Part shown: positions 1-6,951 of the stretch, in pieces
Position numbering within the stretch: the stretch's first letter is position 1
How the letters are laid out: every line of letters begins with the position of its first letter
NCBI GenBank assembly: GCA_042408215.1
Contig: JAYFMW010000024.1
Location: 1 to 20,417 of the forward strand
Origin: Microcoleus sp.
GTDB taxonomy: Bacteria > Cyanobacteriota > Cyanobacteriia > Cyanobacteriales > Microcoleaceae
DNA: 20,417 nt
Direction of reading: 5' to 3'
The notes under the pieces: model-generated
The model's database searches: none
What the model saw: only the letters and a program-made list of their open reading frames with translations
Told to the model about the DNA's origin: nothing
Program-made: the position numbers and the translations under genes

Positions 1-14
1 GGGGTTCTTTTTTG

Positions 15-557
15 TCATTTTTCCATCCCCTCAAACTGACTGATTAATGCTTGCAATTTCACCTTACCTTCTGAGAATTTACGTCCTCCCATTTTGAGGA
101 TGTTCTCAATAATCCAAGTGACAGACTTACCCATTTCTAAGGACTTACAAACTTCCAGATATACAGGGTAATCAGGAGAGTTGGGAGTGGAAGCGCAGTC
201 TTGTAAGTCGCTGGTATACATAGCTTCCAGAGTCTTACGGTGAGTTTCCGTGTCACTATCGGGGGAAGCTAAAATAAGCTCTGCTTCCTGCTGTCGTTGC
301 TGTTGAGAAACATAGGTAGATGTCGAGATTTCATCAATCACATCAGCGGTAATTGCACGCTCTTTGATTGCTTCTATCTCACCCTGCTGAGATAGCCTGC
401 GGGCAATATTACCAGCCTTAACAGCACAAGCAATTGCCTGCACAAGACTAACTCCTTGCATGGCTTTATGCCAGCCAATTCTCTTATCCAAAGCACTCAA
501 GGGAGTTAGCCACAAAGTCAGTGCAGCACCGGATAAAACAAACATTTTTAGGTGCAT
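15..557 (-). CDS. Hypothetical element protein with N-terminal hydrophobic segment(s) and a basic helical C-terminus (GKSVTWIIENILKMGGRKFSEGK)
   Basis: 180-aa ORF, ATG overlaps upstream stop by 10 nt, G-rich RBS-like sequence upstream; last gene of the minus-strand operon. Confidence 0.75.
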   Translation of the reverse strand: MHLKMFVLSGAALTLWLTPLSALDKRIGWHKAMQGVSLVQAIACAVKAGNIARRLSQQGEIEAIKERAITADVIDEISTSTYVSQQQRQQEAELILASPDSDTETHRKTLEAMYTSDLQDCASTPNSPDYPVYLEVCKSLEMGKSVTWIIENILKMGGRKFSEGKVKLQALISQFEGMEK

Positions 558-841
558 AAATCCCCCCCACTTTCCGCCTCTTTGAGTGAGTAATAGCCAC
601 CACCAAGTGACTCACAAACCTTACGCGCGATAGCATCCCAGTCTGTACTGTCGCAATCGTCTTCAATCGCCTCGAAAACCTTACTCTGTAACCAGTCCTC
701 AAATTCTATGCGGTATTCAGAGCCATCACCATCAAAGAGTTCTAGAGTGTTTGCATCCCGACGGACAGAAACCAGATATCTGTAATCTGATTTTTTAAAC
801 TCCATAAACTCTGCTAATAATTCGTCAAAATCTAAGTGCAT
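548..841 (-). CDS. Small acidic hypothetical protein
   Basis: 97-aa D/E-rich ORF overlapping both neighbours by 10 nt; GGAG upstream of the ATG. Confidence 0.7.
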   Translation of the reverse strand: MHLDFDELLAEFMEFKKSDYRYLVSVRRDANTLELFDGDGSEYRIEFEDWLQSKVFEAIEDDCDSTDWDAIARKVCESLGGGYYSLKEAESGGDLCT

Positions 842-1095
842 ACAAACACTCCTAAACCTATCAGTAACATAGCTAGCCCGCTAACCAGAACTGCTTGTAA
901 GTCGCTAACTGAAACCTTCAGCAGTTGACTAATAGAGAAATCTAGCAGCCAGCATAAAGTCCAAACAACGGCGACTGTTGCCACCAAAAACGTAATCGCC
1001 TTGAATGCCATCGGATGCAAGCTCGCAGTCCATCCCAGTAGGGAGGACGCGATGCACCCAGCGACAAAATAATTTGCCAGATACATCGCTTTCAT
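832..1095 (-). CDS. Small membrane protein, about 3 predicted TM helices
   Basis: 87-aa ORF with three hydrophobic stretches; TAATG stop/start coupling at 1095 with GGAGG upstream. Confidence 0.75.
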   Translation of the reverse strand: MKAMYLANYFVAGCIASSLLGWTASLHPMAFKAITFLVATVAVVWTLCWLLDFSISQLLKVSVSDLQAVLVSGLAMLLIGLGVFVCT

Positions 1096-1604
1096 TAGTT
1101 AGAGCCTCCCATTAACTTACTTTTGATTGCATCAATCCGAGTCCGTGCATCATTTTCAGCTTTGTCAATACCCAGTCCTAAACGGGCGTAACCAGGGCGT
1201 AAACCGTGCAGCTTTTTAGCCAAGCCAGCATCAGCACGTTTTTTTCCTAACTCATTCTCAGCCACTGCACCTTCATATTTACGGTGACTTTTATGCACTG
1301 ATTTGTCGGCTTCTTCAATCTTTATCAGGGCTGCATAGGCTCTCTTAGACTGCTTTGCACCGTCCGTTTTTTCCTTTGCCAATTCCTTGATTCTGTCGGC
1401 TTCTTCCCGGTCAAAATAGCGAGGTGCCGGCACTACGGGGATGCTACGGATACTAGAAAAGTTACCAGGATTTTGTGGGGTAATGACACCGGGTGCAGTG
1501 GCTGCTAGCACTTTAGATTTGTCGATTGCGTGGCCACCATCGTTACTTGTGGCAAGCTGGCTGTCTTTATTGCCACCACCAAACAGTCGTAGTTGTAAAC
1601 TCAT
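1095..1604 (-). CDS. Basic, coiled-coil-like hypothetical protein (169 aa; start revised to ATG 1604, MSLQLRLFGGG)
   Basis: ATG at 1604 overlaps the TGA of the upstream gene (ATGA coupling); the ORF-track extension to 1784 overlaps that gene and reads as non-coding. Confidence 0.75.
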   Translation of the reverse strand: MSLQLRLFGGGNKDSQLATSNDGGHAIDKSKVLAATAPGVITPQNPGNFSSIRSIPVVPAPRYFDREEADRIKELAKEKTDGAKQSKRAYAALIKIEEADKSVHKSHRKYEGAVAENELGKKRADAGLAKKLHGLRPGYARLGLGIDKAENDARTRIDAIKSKLMGGSN

Positions 1605-2025
1605 TTTGTGGTTCCTGATTGAATGTTGATGTTGATGCGAACAGGGCATAAATTGAATGGGTTGATTGATGGCAACAAAGAAATTACCAACACAAACAGT
1701 CCTACAGTTGCTAGAGCAAGTGCAACAAACTGACTGATATCTACCCAGTCTAAAAAGTTGATGGAATTCTGAGTGAAATTGCACACTGGAAACGAGCCGT
1801 CGTTAGTCCAATCGGTTGTTTCTACAGCGGACGCTACGTTGTTATGCGATATGTTGCTTACCCGCTCGTACTCTAGATTGTGGAATTCTAGCAGTGTTTC
1901 CCAAGTCGAAGTTTTGGAGAGCTTCCCGAAAGTTTTTAGCATCATCATTTGTGAGCCCGCAGTCGTAAGCAAGCTCGCTTGAGGCCATCAATGCGACGGC
2001 GCGATACCATTGGGGGTTTACTCAT
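1601..2025 (-). pseudogene. Membrane-anchored hypothetical protein, apparently with two +1 frameshifts (near 1977 and 1928); about 140 aa if corrected
   Basis: From ATG 2025, removing one base near 1977 and one near 1928 gives MSKPPMVSRRRIDGLK-ELAYDCGLTNDDAKNF-GKLSKTSTWETLLE, joining the 1601..1972 frame, which has a C-terminal TM segment (ISQFVALALATVGLFVLVISLL). The N-terminal reconstruction is inference. Confidence 0.55.
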
Positions 2026-2089
2026 GGCATCCCCACAACAAATTAAGAATTGCGATCGACTTTAAAAGCGATCGCCCTGAAAGTGGCAT
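2018..2089 (-). CDS. Possible 23-aa leader peptide MPLSGRSLLKSIAILNLLWGCHE
   Basis: GGAG about 10 nt upstream of ATG 2089; its stop overlaps the ATG at 2025 of the first operon gene. Confidence 0.35.
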   Translation of the reverse strand: MPLSGRSLLKSIAILNLLWGCHE

Positions 2090-2098
2090 AATTTATAG

Positions 2099-2243
2099 GC
2101 TCCAAACGTTGTTAGAGAACGGATTGGGGAAGTCGTGACTTGGTTAGCGGTGGTACGTGCTAGTCAGTCGCGCATCAATCTTCCTTAGTTACTTACGATT
2201 GCAGGTTTACACTTCCTTGTCAATGGGGGGAGTGTAAAGTTTT
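2099..2243 (+). ncRNA. Putative cis-antisense structured RNA opposite the operon leader
   Basis: Extended -10-like TG-G-CATAAT at 2084-2092; 14-bp hairpin 2134-2172 with three G-U pairs valid only on the + strand; second hairpin 2206-2238 followed by GTTTTG. Confidence 0.35.
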
Positions 2244-2253
2244 GTATACAAAA
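2206..2253. promoter_or_regulatory. Inverted repeat TTTACACT..AGTGTAAA flanking a minus-strand TTGACA (2218-2223), plus perfect palindrome TTTTGTATACAAAA (2240-2253); putative operon promoter/operator
   Basis: Read directly from the sequence between the integrase stop and the operon leader; function inferred. Confidence 0.45.
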
Positions 2254-2284
2254 AGTTGCCCCTAGAATCAACATCTTAACAGTA

Positions 2285-3540
2285 TCAAAGCGGGCGTAAA
2301 TGCTCCAAAATCTTGCCATCCAAATACACAGAATTAATCACTCTTTCCGAGGTATCGCACCACTTAGCCACGACTGCACTTGGTACACCCTTACCAACCT
2401 GTTCGCTAATAAAAGTGTCCCGGCAAGAGTAAGGAGTAGTGGTCTTACAATCTTGTTCATATTGCCTGGTTTTTTCAGTTATTGGGTCAACCAACTTATG
2501 CCATACCTGCTTACTGAAATTGTTGTAGTTAATTGCCCCGCCCTTAATAGGTGATGGGAAAACCAATCTATCTTTGTCGGTTAGATTTTGTGGCTTAATA
2601 CTTTTCAACAACTGAACCAGTTCTTGATTGCAAGGAAATTTACGCCGTTTGTTGTTTTTACTGCCGTCAACCCTTGTCTCCTTACCGCTTGGGTGTTGTA
2701 TACTCCCGTTAAACACAATGTGAGAAAAGTCAGGAGCAACGTCAGACCATCTCAAACCTACAGCTTCAGATGGACGGCATCCAGTCATTAACCAGAACTG
2801 CACCATAGGGTAGTAAAAACAAAACTTTTGCCCGGTTTCTCCTCTCCCATTCCAACTCCCTCTATGGTTCTTAAAAGCCTCCAGTACCAGCTCTTTTTCT
2901 TGTGCTGTAAATGCGTTTGGTTCCGGGTCACTTTCCCAGTTATGTTTAGGCAGTTCCGCTGCTAGCCCTTCAAACGGGGATACAGTTAAACCTTTGACAA
3001 TCTTGAACTTAATCCCCCACTTTACCGCTGCATTTAGATGGGTCAAAATCCTCTTAGTCATGCTATTAGTCGTGTCCTCCAACAACCAAGCGCGTACCTG
3101 CAAAGCGCAGTCCTCTGACAGAGGCTGGTAGGGGCAACGGTCAACGTAGCTCTGGATGCCCGTCACCAAGTAATTGAAAGTTGTAGCCTTGAGTGCTGGC
3201 TTCTTGAATTCCAAGTATTTAGCAGAACAACTGAGTCAGCGTCAGTTCCGGCTTAGGCTTGATAGTCTCAATCAACAGTCAAGTGAGTCTCTGGCTTGTA
3301 CTTTTTGAGTGTGGGGTCAAACCGCTCAAACTTGATGTCGGATTCAATCAACTGTGCCTTAGCTTCTGCCAACTGCCTGTTCTCAGAAGTATCCGGCATT
3401 CCCAAAGACAAGTATTTTTGCTCCCCCCCGTAGAGGGACCTCGGCAACCGCAGTCGCAACCTCCCCCTAAAGTTTTGCACCACAACAGACCCATAAGAAG
3501 CCCTACCACCTGACTCAAATTTCTCAGTCATCAGTTGCAT
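2285..3540 (-). pseudogene. int: Tyrosine recombinase/phage integrase with N-terminal arm-DNA-binding domain, split by two +1 frameshifts (3273 and 3224); about 415 aa if corrected
   Basis: Arm domain GRLRLRLPRSLYGGEQKYLSLGMPDT..AEAKAQLIESDI..FDPTLKKYK (3268-3546 ORF); catalytic domain TGCRPSEA, GSKNNK, PYSCRDTFIS and C-terminal Tyr in SVYL (2285-3214 ORF); linker IETIKPKPELTLTQLF lies in the third frame. Confidence 0.9.
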
Positions 3541-3563
3541 CCTCACTTGAAATTGGCCTACAA

Positions 3564-3595
3564 ATCATACCACACTGAGTATCAAGTGAGTATCA
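3564..3595 (-). promoter_or_regulatory. Integrase extended -10 (TG-G-TATGAT, 3572-3564) next to two direct repeats TGAGTATCA (3576-3584, 3587-3595); putative arm-type sites
   Basis: Perfect 9-bp direct repeats at 11-bp spacing between int start and att core, the usual position for arm sites of lambda-type integrases. Confidence 0.6.
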
Positions 3596-3666
3596 TCACG
3601 GCTGTAGCAAAAATAAGTATTTTAGAAACCGTTACTGTACAAACAGTTCAGCGATTCCCTCCTACC

Positions 3667-3709
3667 GCCTTCCAAGCTAACTATGCGGGTTCGATTCCCG
3701 CTGCCCGCT
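3667..3709 (+). tRNA. 3' half of tRNA-Gly(UCC): att core/attR duplicate, not a functional tRNA
   Basis: GC-CTTCCAA-GCTAA-CTAT-GCGGG-TTCGATT-CCCGC-TGCCCGC-T contains the TCC anticodon loop, T-arm and 3' acceptor strand; no D-arm or 5' acceptor strand upstream. Confidence 0.92.
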
Positions 3710-3722
3710 TCTGTCTTTAAAT

Positions 3723-3761
3723 ACCTCAAACCTACGGTAAATCAACGGTTTGGGGTTTTTT
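3723..3761 (+). terminator. Hairpin plus T-tract downstream of the tRNA 3' end
   Basis: ACCTCAAACC (3723-3732) pairs with GGTTTGGGGT (3747-3756), followed by TTTTT. Confidence 0.6.
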
Positions 3762-3794
3762 ATTGCTGATTTTTGGGGTTTGGGATGGGTCTAG

Positions 3795-3857
3795 TTGACT
3801 AGAAATTGACTGAAAATTGAATACAATTTGCCTCGTTTGAATACAAATTGAATACAA
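3795..3857 (+). repeat. Three TTGAATACAA direct repeats (3817, 3837, 3848) preceded by TTGACT at 3795 and 3806 (11-bp phasing); putative arm/accessory-factor sites of a second element
   Basis: Exact repeats read from the sequence; function inferred from position after the tRNA 3' end. Confidence 0.65.
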
Positions 3858-3864
3858 TCCATAC

Positions 3865-4047
3865 CTAGACTAGGTTTGAGCCACTCCCCTCCGCTAGAAG
3901 CCCCAAAATGGCCCTAATATCCATCAAGTCCGCCCTCAACTTTTTGCGCTGAGTCTTGAGTTGATTGAGCAAGTCAGCGGGCTCTGGTAGTTGGGTATTG
4001 GTAATTGGACTGTTCAGAAAGCGATCGCCCGTTGAACTTCTAGGTAA
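3865..4047 (-). pseudogene. Start-less 3' gene remnant ending LPEPADLLNQLKTQRKKLRADLMDIRAILGLL
   Basis: 61-codon open frame with no credible start upstream of the motif; the helical basic motif resembles, from recall, C-termini of Microcoleus mobile-element hypothetical proteins. Confidence 0.45.
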
Positions 4048-4230
4048 TTAAGCCCCCGTTTTTGCTCACCCATAAAATTCGGTTAAACCTTTGATTAAAC
4101 CTTTCTGCTTTAACAGTTTTTGCACCGCTAAAATAGCACTTCTTCTAACTCATCGAATGACTAAACAATTCCATTTGCTACTGGTTAATTCCTGAGTTTC
4201 CACAGTCTTTCTGCTGGTTCCAGCCTGACT

Positions 4231-4572
4231 CTAAGTGGTGTGGACGGTATCTTCTGGAAGTTCGACAGCGGGAGTGGGCCCGGCTGCACTGAGTCGCAAC
4301 GATCGCAGAATTTGACCGTTTTCATTGAAAATAATCATCCCCAATTCTCCCTGAATCACTACAAAAAACTCAAAACCGTTAACTCCATCAGGGCGCAGGT
4401 GTCGGTGAGGGCGGACATAAGTCCCAGGCTGCAAGACATTGACAAACCGCTGCACCTTTTCTGACAAATCGTGAAAATTGTAATTTTGTCGCTGGCGGGG
4501 AATGTGGCGGGAGTTGGTGGTAACTTTGTCCAGCAATTCCTGCGTCAGCAACTTGATAGGAAGGGACTGCAC
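4231..4572 (-). pseudogene. WbuC-family cupin-fold metalloprotein, C-terminally truncated
   Basis: RQRQNYNFHDLSEKVQRFVNVLQPGTYVRPHRH..FEFFVVIQGE..ELPEDTVHT matches the family, but a stop follows the last His and the expected E.K.GPY region is absent in all three downstream frames. Confidence 0.75.
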
Positions 4573-4647
4573 AACAGATATCCTGTATTTAATAGTTGTT
4601 CAACAAATGGGCTAGTCTGAGATCAACCTTACCAGCATCTCTTGACT

Positions 4648-5874
4648 ATGAAAATCGCAAATCAGGTGGCGATGGCTAAGACAGTACGTTTGTCAAGTAT
4701 TTTGAGAACAAGTATTAGCTCGATCGCCCTTGCAACTATTTTAGTCGGCGGTGGCGCTGTTTCTGCCTCCGAACCGAAGGTCCCAGCACTGCTGGCTCAG
4801 CAGCAATCGGAAAAACTTCAACTTAAAGAAGAGATTCGCGATCGCGTTCAACAGGAAATTGACATTGCTTTCGGGCGCCAGGCGGTACTGCTGAATGGGA
4901 TAGCAATTGCCTTAACTTTGTTTCCGACAGCAGCAGGAATCGGGGCTTGGTTCCTGTTAGCTAAATTGTCCAAGCAGACAACAATTGCTCGCCAAGAAAT
5001 TGAAAGCCTCCGCTATGATACACTTTCTCAATTAAAACTTTTAATTGCTGACGCTGAAACTATCTTATGCGAAATTCAACACCACAGTTACCCAGCCGAC
5101 ACAGAAACAGACATCCTATTACCCGACACCCAAATTAAAGAATTGGCCCCGGTTAATTACGGTAACGACAAACAGTTATTGACTGCTGGAGATTATGCCA
5201 AACAGGGAGATGCTTGTTTCTTTGAAAACCGCTATGAAGATGCGATCGCAGCTTACAATCTTGCCCTGCAAATTCAGCCAGATTTAGCGGATACTTGGAA
5301 TAACCGAGGAGTAGTGCTGACGAGAATGCAGCGGTATTCAGAGGCGATCGCATCTTATGAACAAGCTACGACAATTCGCCCAAATTATCCAGATGCTTGG
5401 AACAATCGAGGTGTGGTGCTGTTGGAATTGCAGCAGTACCCAGAGGCGATCGCCTGTTACGAAAAAGCAATTCAAGCCAAACCCGACTACGCCGATGCTT
5501 GGAACAACCGAGGCGTGGCTTTCTCAAAAATTCAGGAATACGAACAGGCCGTAATTTCTTACAATCAAGCCCTACAAATCAAAAATGATTATACTGACGC
5601 TTGGAACAATCGAGGCGTGGCGCTGTCTAAATTACAAAAGTACGAAGCGGCCATAGATTCTTACGACAATGCTGCTAAAATTAGACCAGATTTTTACCGA
5701 ATTTGGTACAATAAAGCTAGATGTTACGCGCTGCAAGGTCAAATTGATTTGGCTATTGAAAATTTGAAGCGCGCCCTTAATCTCAATCCCAATTTGTGTA
5801 AAGAGTTGGCTAAAACTGAACCGGATTTAGAAAAACTTCGCGAATATGAGGCATTTAAACAGTTGATTGGTTAA
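4648..5874 (+). CDS. Tetratricopeptide repeat protein with N-terminal signal/TM segments
   Basis: Five WNNRG and one WYNKA motif at 34-aa spacing; hydrophobic segments SISSIALATILVGGG and VLLNGIAIALTLFPTAAGIGAWFLL; start uncertain (4642/4648/4672). Confidence 0.92.
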   Translation: MKIANQVAMAKTVRLSSILRTSISSIALATILVGGGAVSASEPKVPALLAQQQSEKLQLKEEIRDRVQQEIDIAFGRQAVLLNGIAIALTLFPTAAGIGAWFLLAKLSKQTTIARQEIESLRYDTLSQLKLLIADAETILCEIQHHSYPADTETDILLPDTQIKELAPVNYGNDKQLLTAGDYAKQGDACFFENRYEDAIAAYNLALQIQPDLADTWNNRGVVLTRMQRYSEAIASYEQATTIRPNYPDAWNNRGVVLLELQQYPEAIACYEKAIQAKPDYADAWNNRGVAFSKIQEYEQAVISYNQALQIKNDYTDAWNNRGVALSKLQKYEAAIDSYDNAAKIRPDFYRIWYNKARCYALQGQIDLAIENLKRALNLNPNLCKELAKTEPDLEKLREYEAFKQLIG

Positions 5875-5907
5875 TCGTAATTTGATGGGCATAGGGCGTG
5901 GGCATTG

Positions 5908-5972
5908 AGAAACCGGGTTTCTGTAAAAAATATCTGTTGAGATGCCCAAATTATCTGAGAAACCCGGTTTCT
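5908..5972. repeat. Inverted pair of near-palindromic repeats AGAAACCGGGTTTCT / AGAAACCCGGTTTCT (MITE/REP-like dispersed repeat)
   Basis: 15-mers at 5908-5922 and 5958-5972 are exact reverse complements; repeat type recalled from Oscillatoriales genomes. Confidence 0.75.
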
Positions 5973-6006
5973 GGTTCTAGTAGTTTGGTGAGCCCATTCT
6001 AGTAGG

Positions 6007-6945
6007 CTAATTCCATTTTTCTAGAGTTGGTTTATATAGCCAATGATTAATTCTTTCTTCATTGACAAAACCTTTTAATGATGGATCGGGCCAAATATGT
6101 ATTTTGTCTAAACACTCTAGTTCTGTTGCTGCTGTTTCAATAAATTCCCATTGTCTAATAAAGGTTTCAGCCCAAGATTTTTTAGTCATAACTGACTGGG
6201 CAAAATCTAAACCTGCTGCTAACATTCTTTGACCATTTGACCCTCTGGCATTAATGGGTTCCCAAAATATTAATTCTGGATTAATTTGCATAAATTTATC
6301 TAAATTAAATCTAAAGTCATCTAAAGTCATCATAGGTGGAGTGGGAGCCATTGCTACATATAAACGACAATTAGCCTGATCTGCCTTTTGTAATGCTTTA
6401 TATCTCTCGGAAGATAAAGGTGCTTGTGGTTCAATTTTTTTGAGTAATTCATCATTTATACAAGGAATACTCATACCTAATGTAATATTAGGATGAACTA
6501 GAATATCTAAATCATTTTGCCACAATAAACCACGAGTTAAAATTCTAATTTTTTTATTATGTTTAATTAAAATTTTTATTGTTTGACGAGTAATTTCTGC
6601 TATTTTTTTATTTTGATAAGGATCTGTTCCCGAACAAAGCAAAACAACTCCTTTACCTGAAGGTGTATTTTCCCATTTTCTTTTTCTAGTCAAAAATCTT
6701 TCTAATTTTTCAGGAATTCCCTCTCTAATAAAAAGATATTTCCCCCAATCTAATTGAGGATTATCTACTCCTTTTTGATGTAATCTTTTTTGTTGTGTTC
6801 TAATACTTGGAGTCGAAGGAACATAACAAAATGTACATCCATGTAGACAGCCAGATGCTATGTTAACAACATAGTCACATAGACTTTTTTTATTTAAAGC
6901 ACTTTTTTGGAGTGGATTGACTATTGTTTCTGTTCCAGTAATCAT
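6007..6945 (-). CDS. Radical SAM protein, spore photoproduct lyase (SplB)-like family
   Basis: NIASGCLHGCTFCYV (CxxxCxxC), SGTDPYQ, IRILTR and IEPQAPLSSERYKALQ motifs typical of SPL-like radical SAM enzymes; 6 nt downstream of tcmP. Confidence 0.88.
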   Translation of the reverse strand: MITGTETIVNPLQKSALNKKSLCDYVVNIASGCLHGCTFCYVPSTPSIRTQQKRLHQKGVDNPQLDWGKYLFIREGIPEKLERFLTRKRKWENTPSGKGVVLLCSGTDPYQNKKIAEITRQTIKILIKHNKKIRILTRGLLWQNDLDILVHPNITLGMSIPCINDELLKKIEPQAPLSSERYKALQKADQANCRLYVAMAPTPPMMTLDDFRFNLDKFMQINPELIFWEPINARGSNGQRMLAAGLDFAQSVMTKKSWAETFIRQWEFIETAATELECLDKIHIWPDPSLKGFVNEERINHWLYKPTLEKWN

Positions 6946-6951
6946 AATTAG

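Larger units (their letters stand above)
1..3709. mobile_element. Right end of a tyrosine-integrase integrative element (prophage/ICE-like island) inserted in tRNA-Gly(UCC); left end lies outside the window
   Basis: Integrase gene (2285-3540) sits next to a 3'-half tRNA-Gly duplicate (3667-3709) with direct-repeat arm-like sites between them; cargo is a run of short, overlapping hypothetical genes. Confidence 0.85.

Noticed and set aside
1..13. GGGGTTCTTTTTT as a terminator
   Set aside because: Looks like the 3' half of a hairpin plus T-tract, but the other half is outside the window, so it cannot be confirmed
1605..1784. Cys/His-rich N-terminal extension of the 1095..1784 ORF
   Set aside because: Overlaps the TM-coding part of the upstream gene in another frame; the ATGA-coupled start at 1604 is more plausible
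3224..3273. Programmed ribosomal frameshifting in the integrase
   Set aside because: Would need two successive +1 shifts within 50 nt, and no slippery run is present
3630..3709. Complete tRNA-Gly gene
   Set aside because: No D-arm, no 5' acceptor strand complementary to TGCCCGC, and only 2 bp of the anticodon stem can form
3535..3720. 61-aa + strand ORF as an excisionase
   Set aside because: Runs through arm repeats and the tRNA fragment (FQANYAGSIPAAR is translated tRNA); no HTH character
4083..4104. Direct repeat TTAAACCTTT x2
   Set aside because: Short, AT-rich and in a scar region with no gene to regulate; cannot be distinguished from chance or slippage
6007..6945. Calling the radical SAM gene a true spore photoproduct lyase (splB)
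   Set aside because: Only family-level motifs are visible; tight pairing with tcmP and a non-endospore-forming host argue against assigning that function
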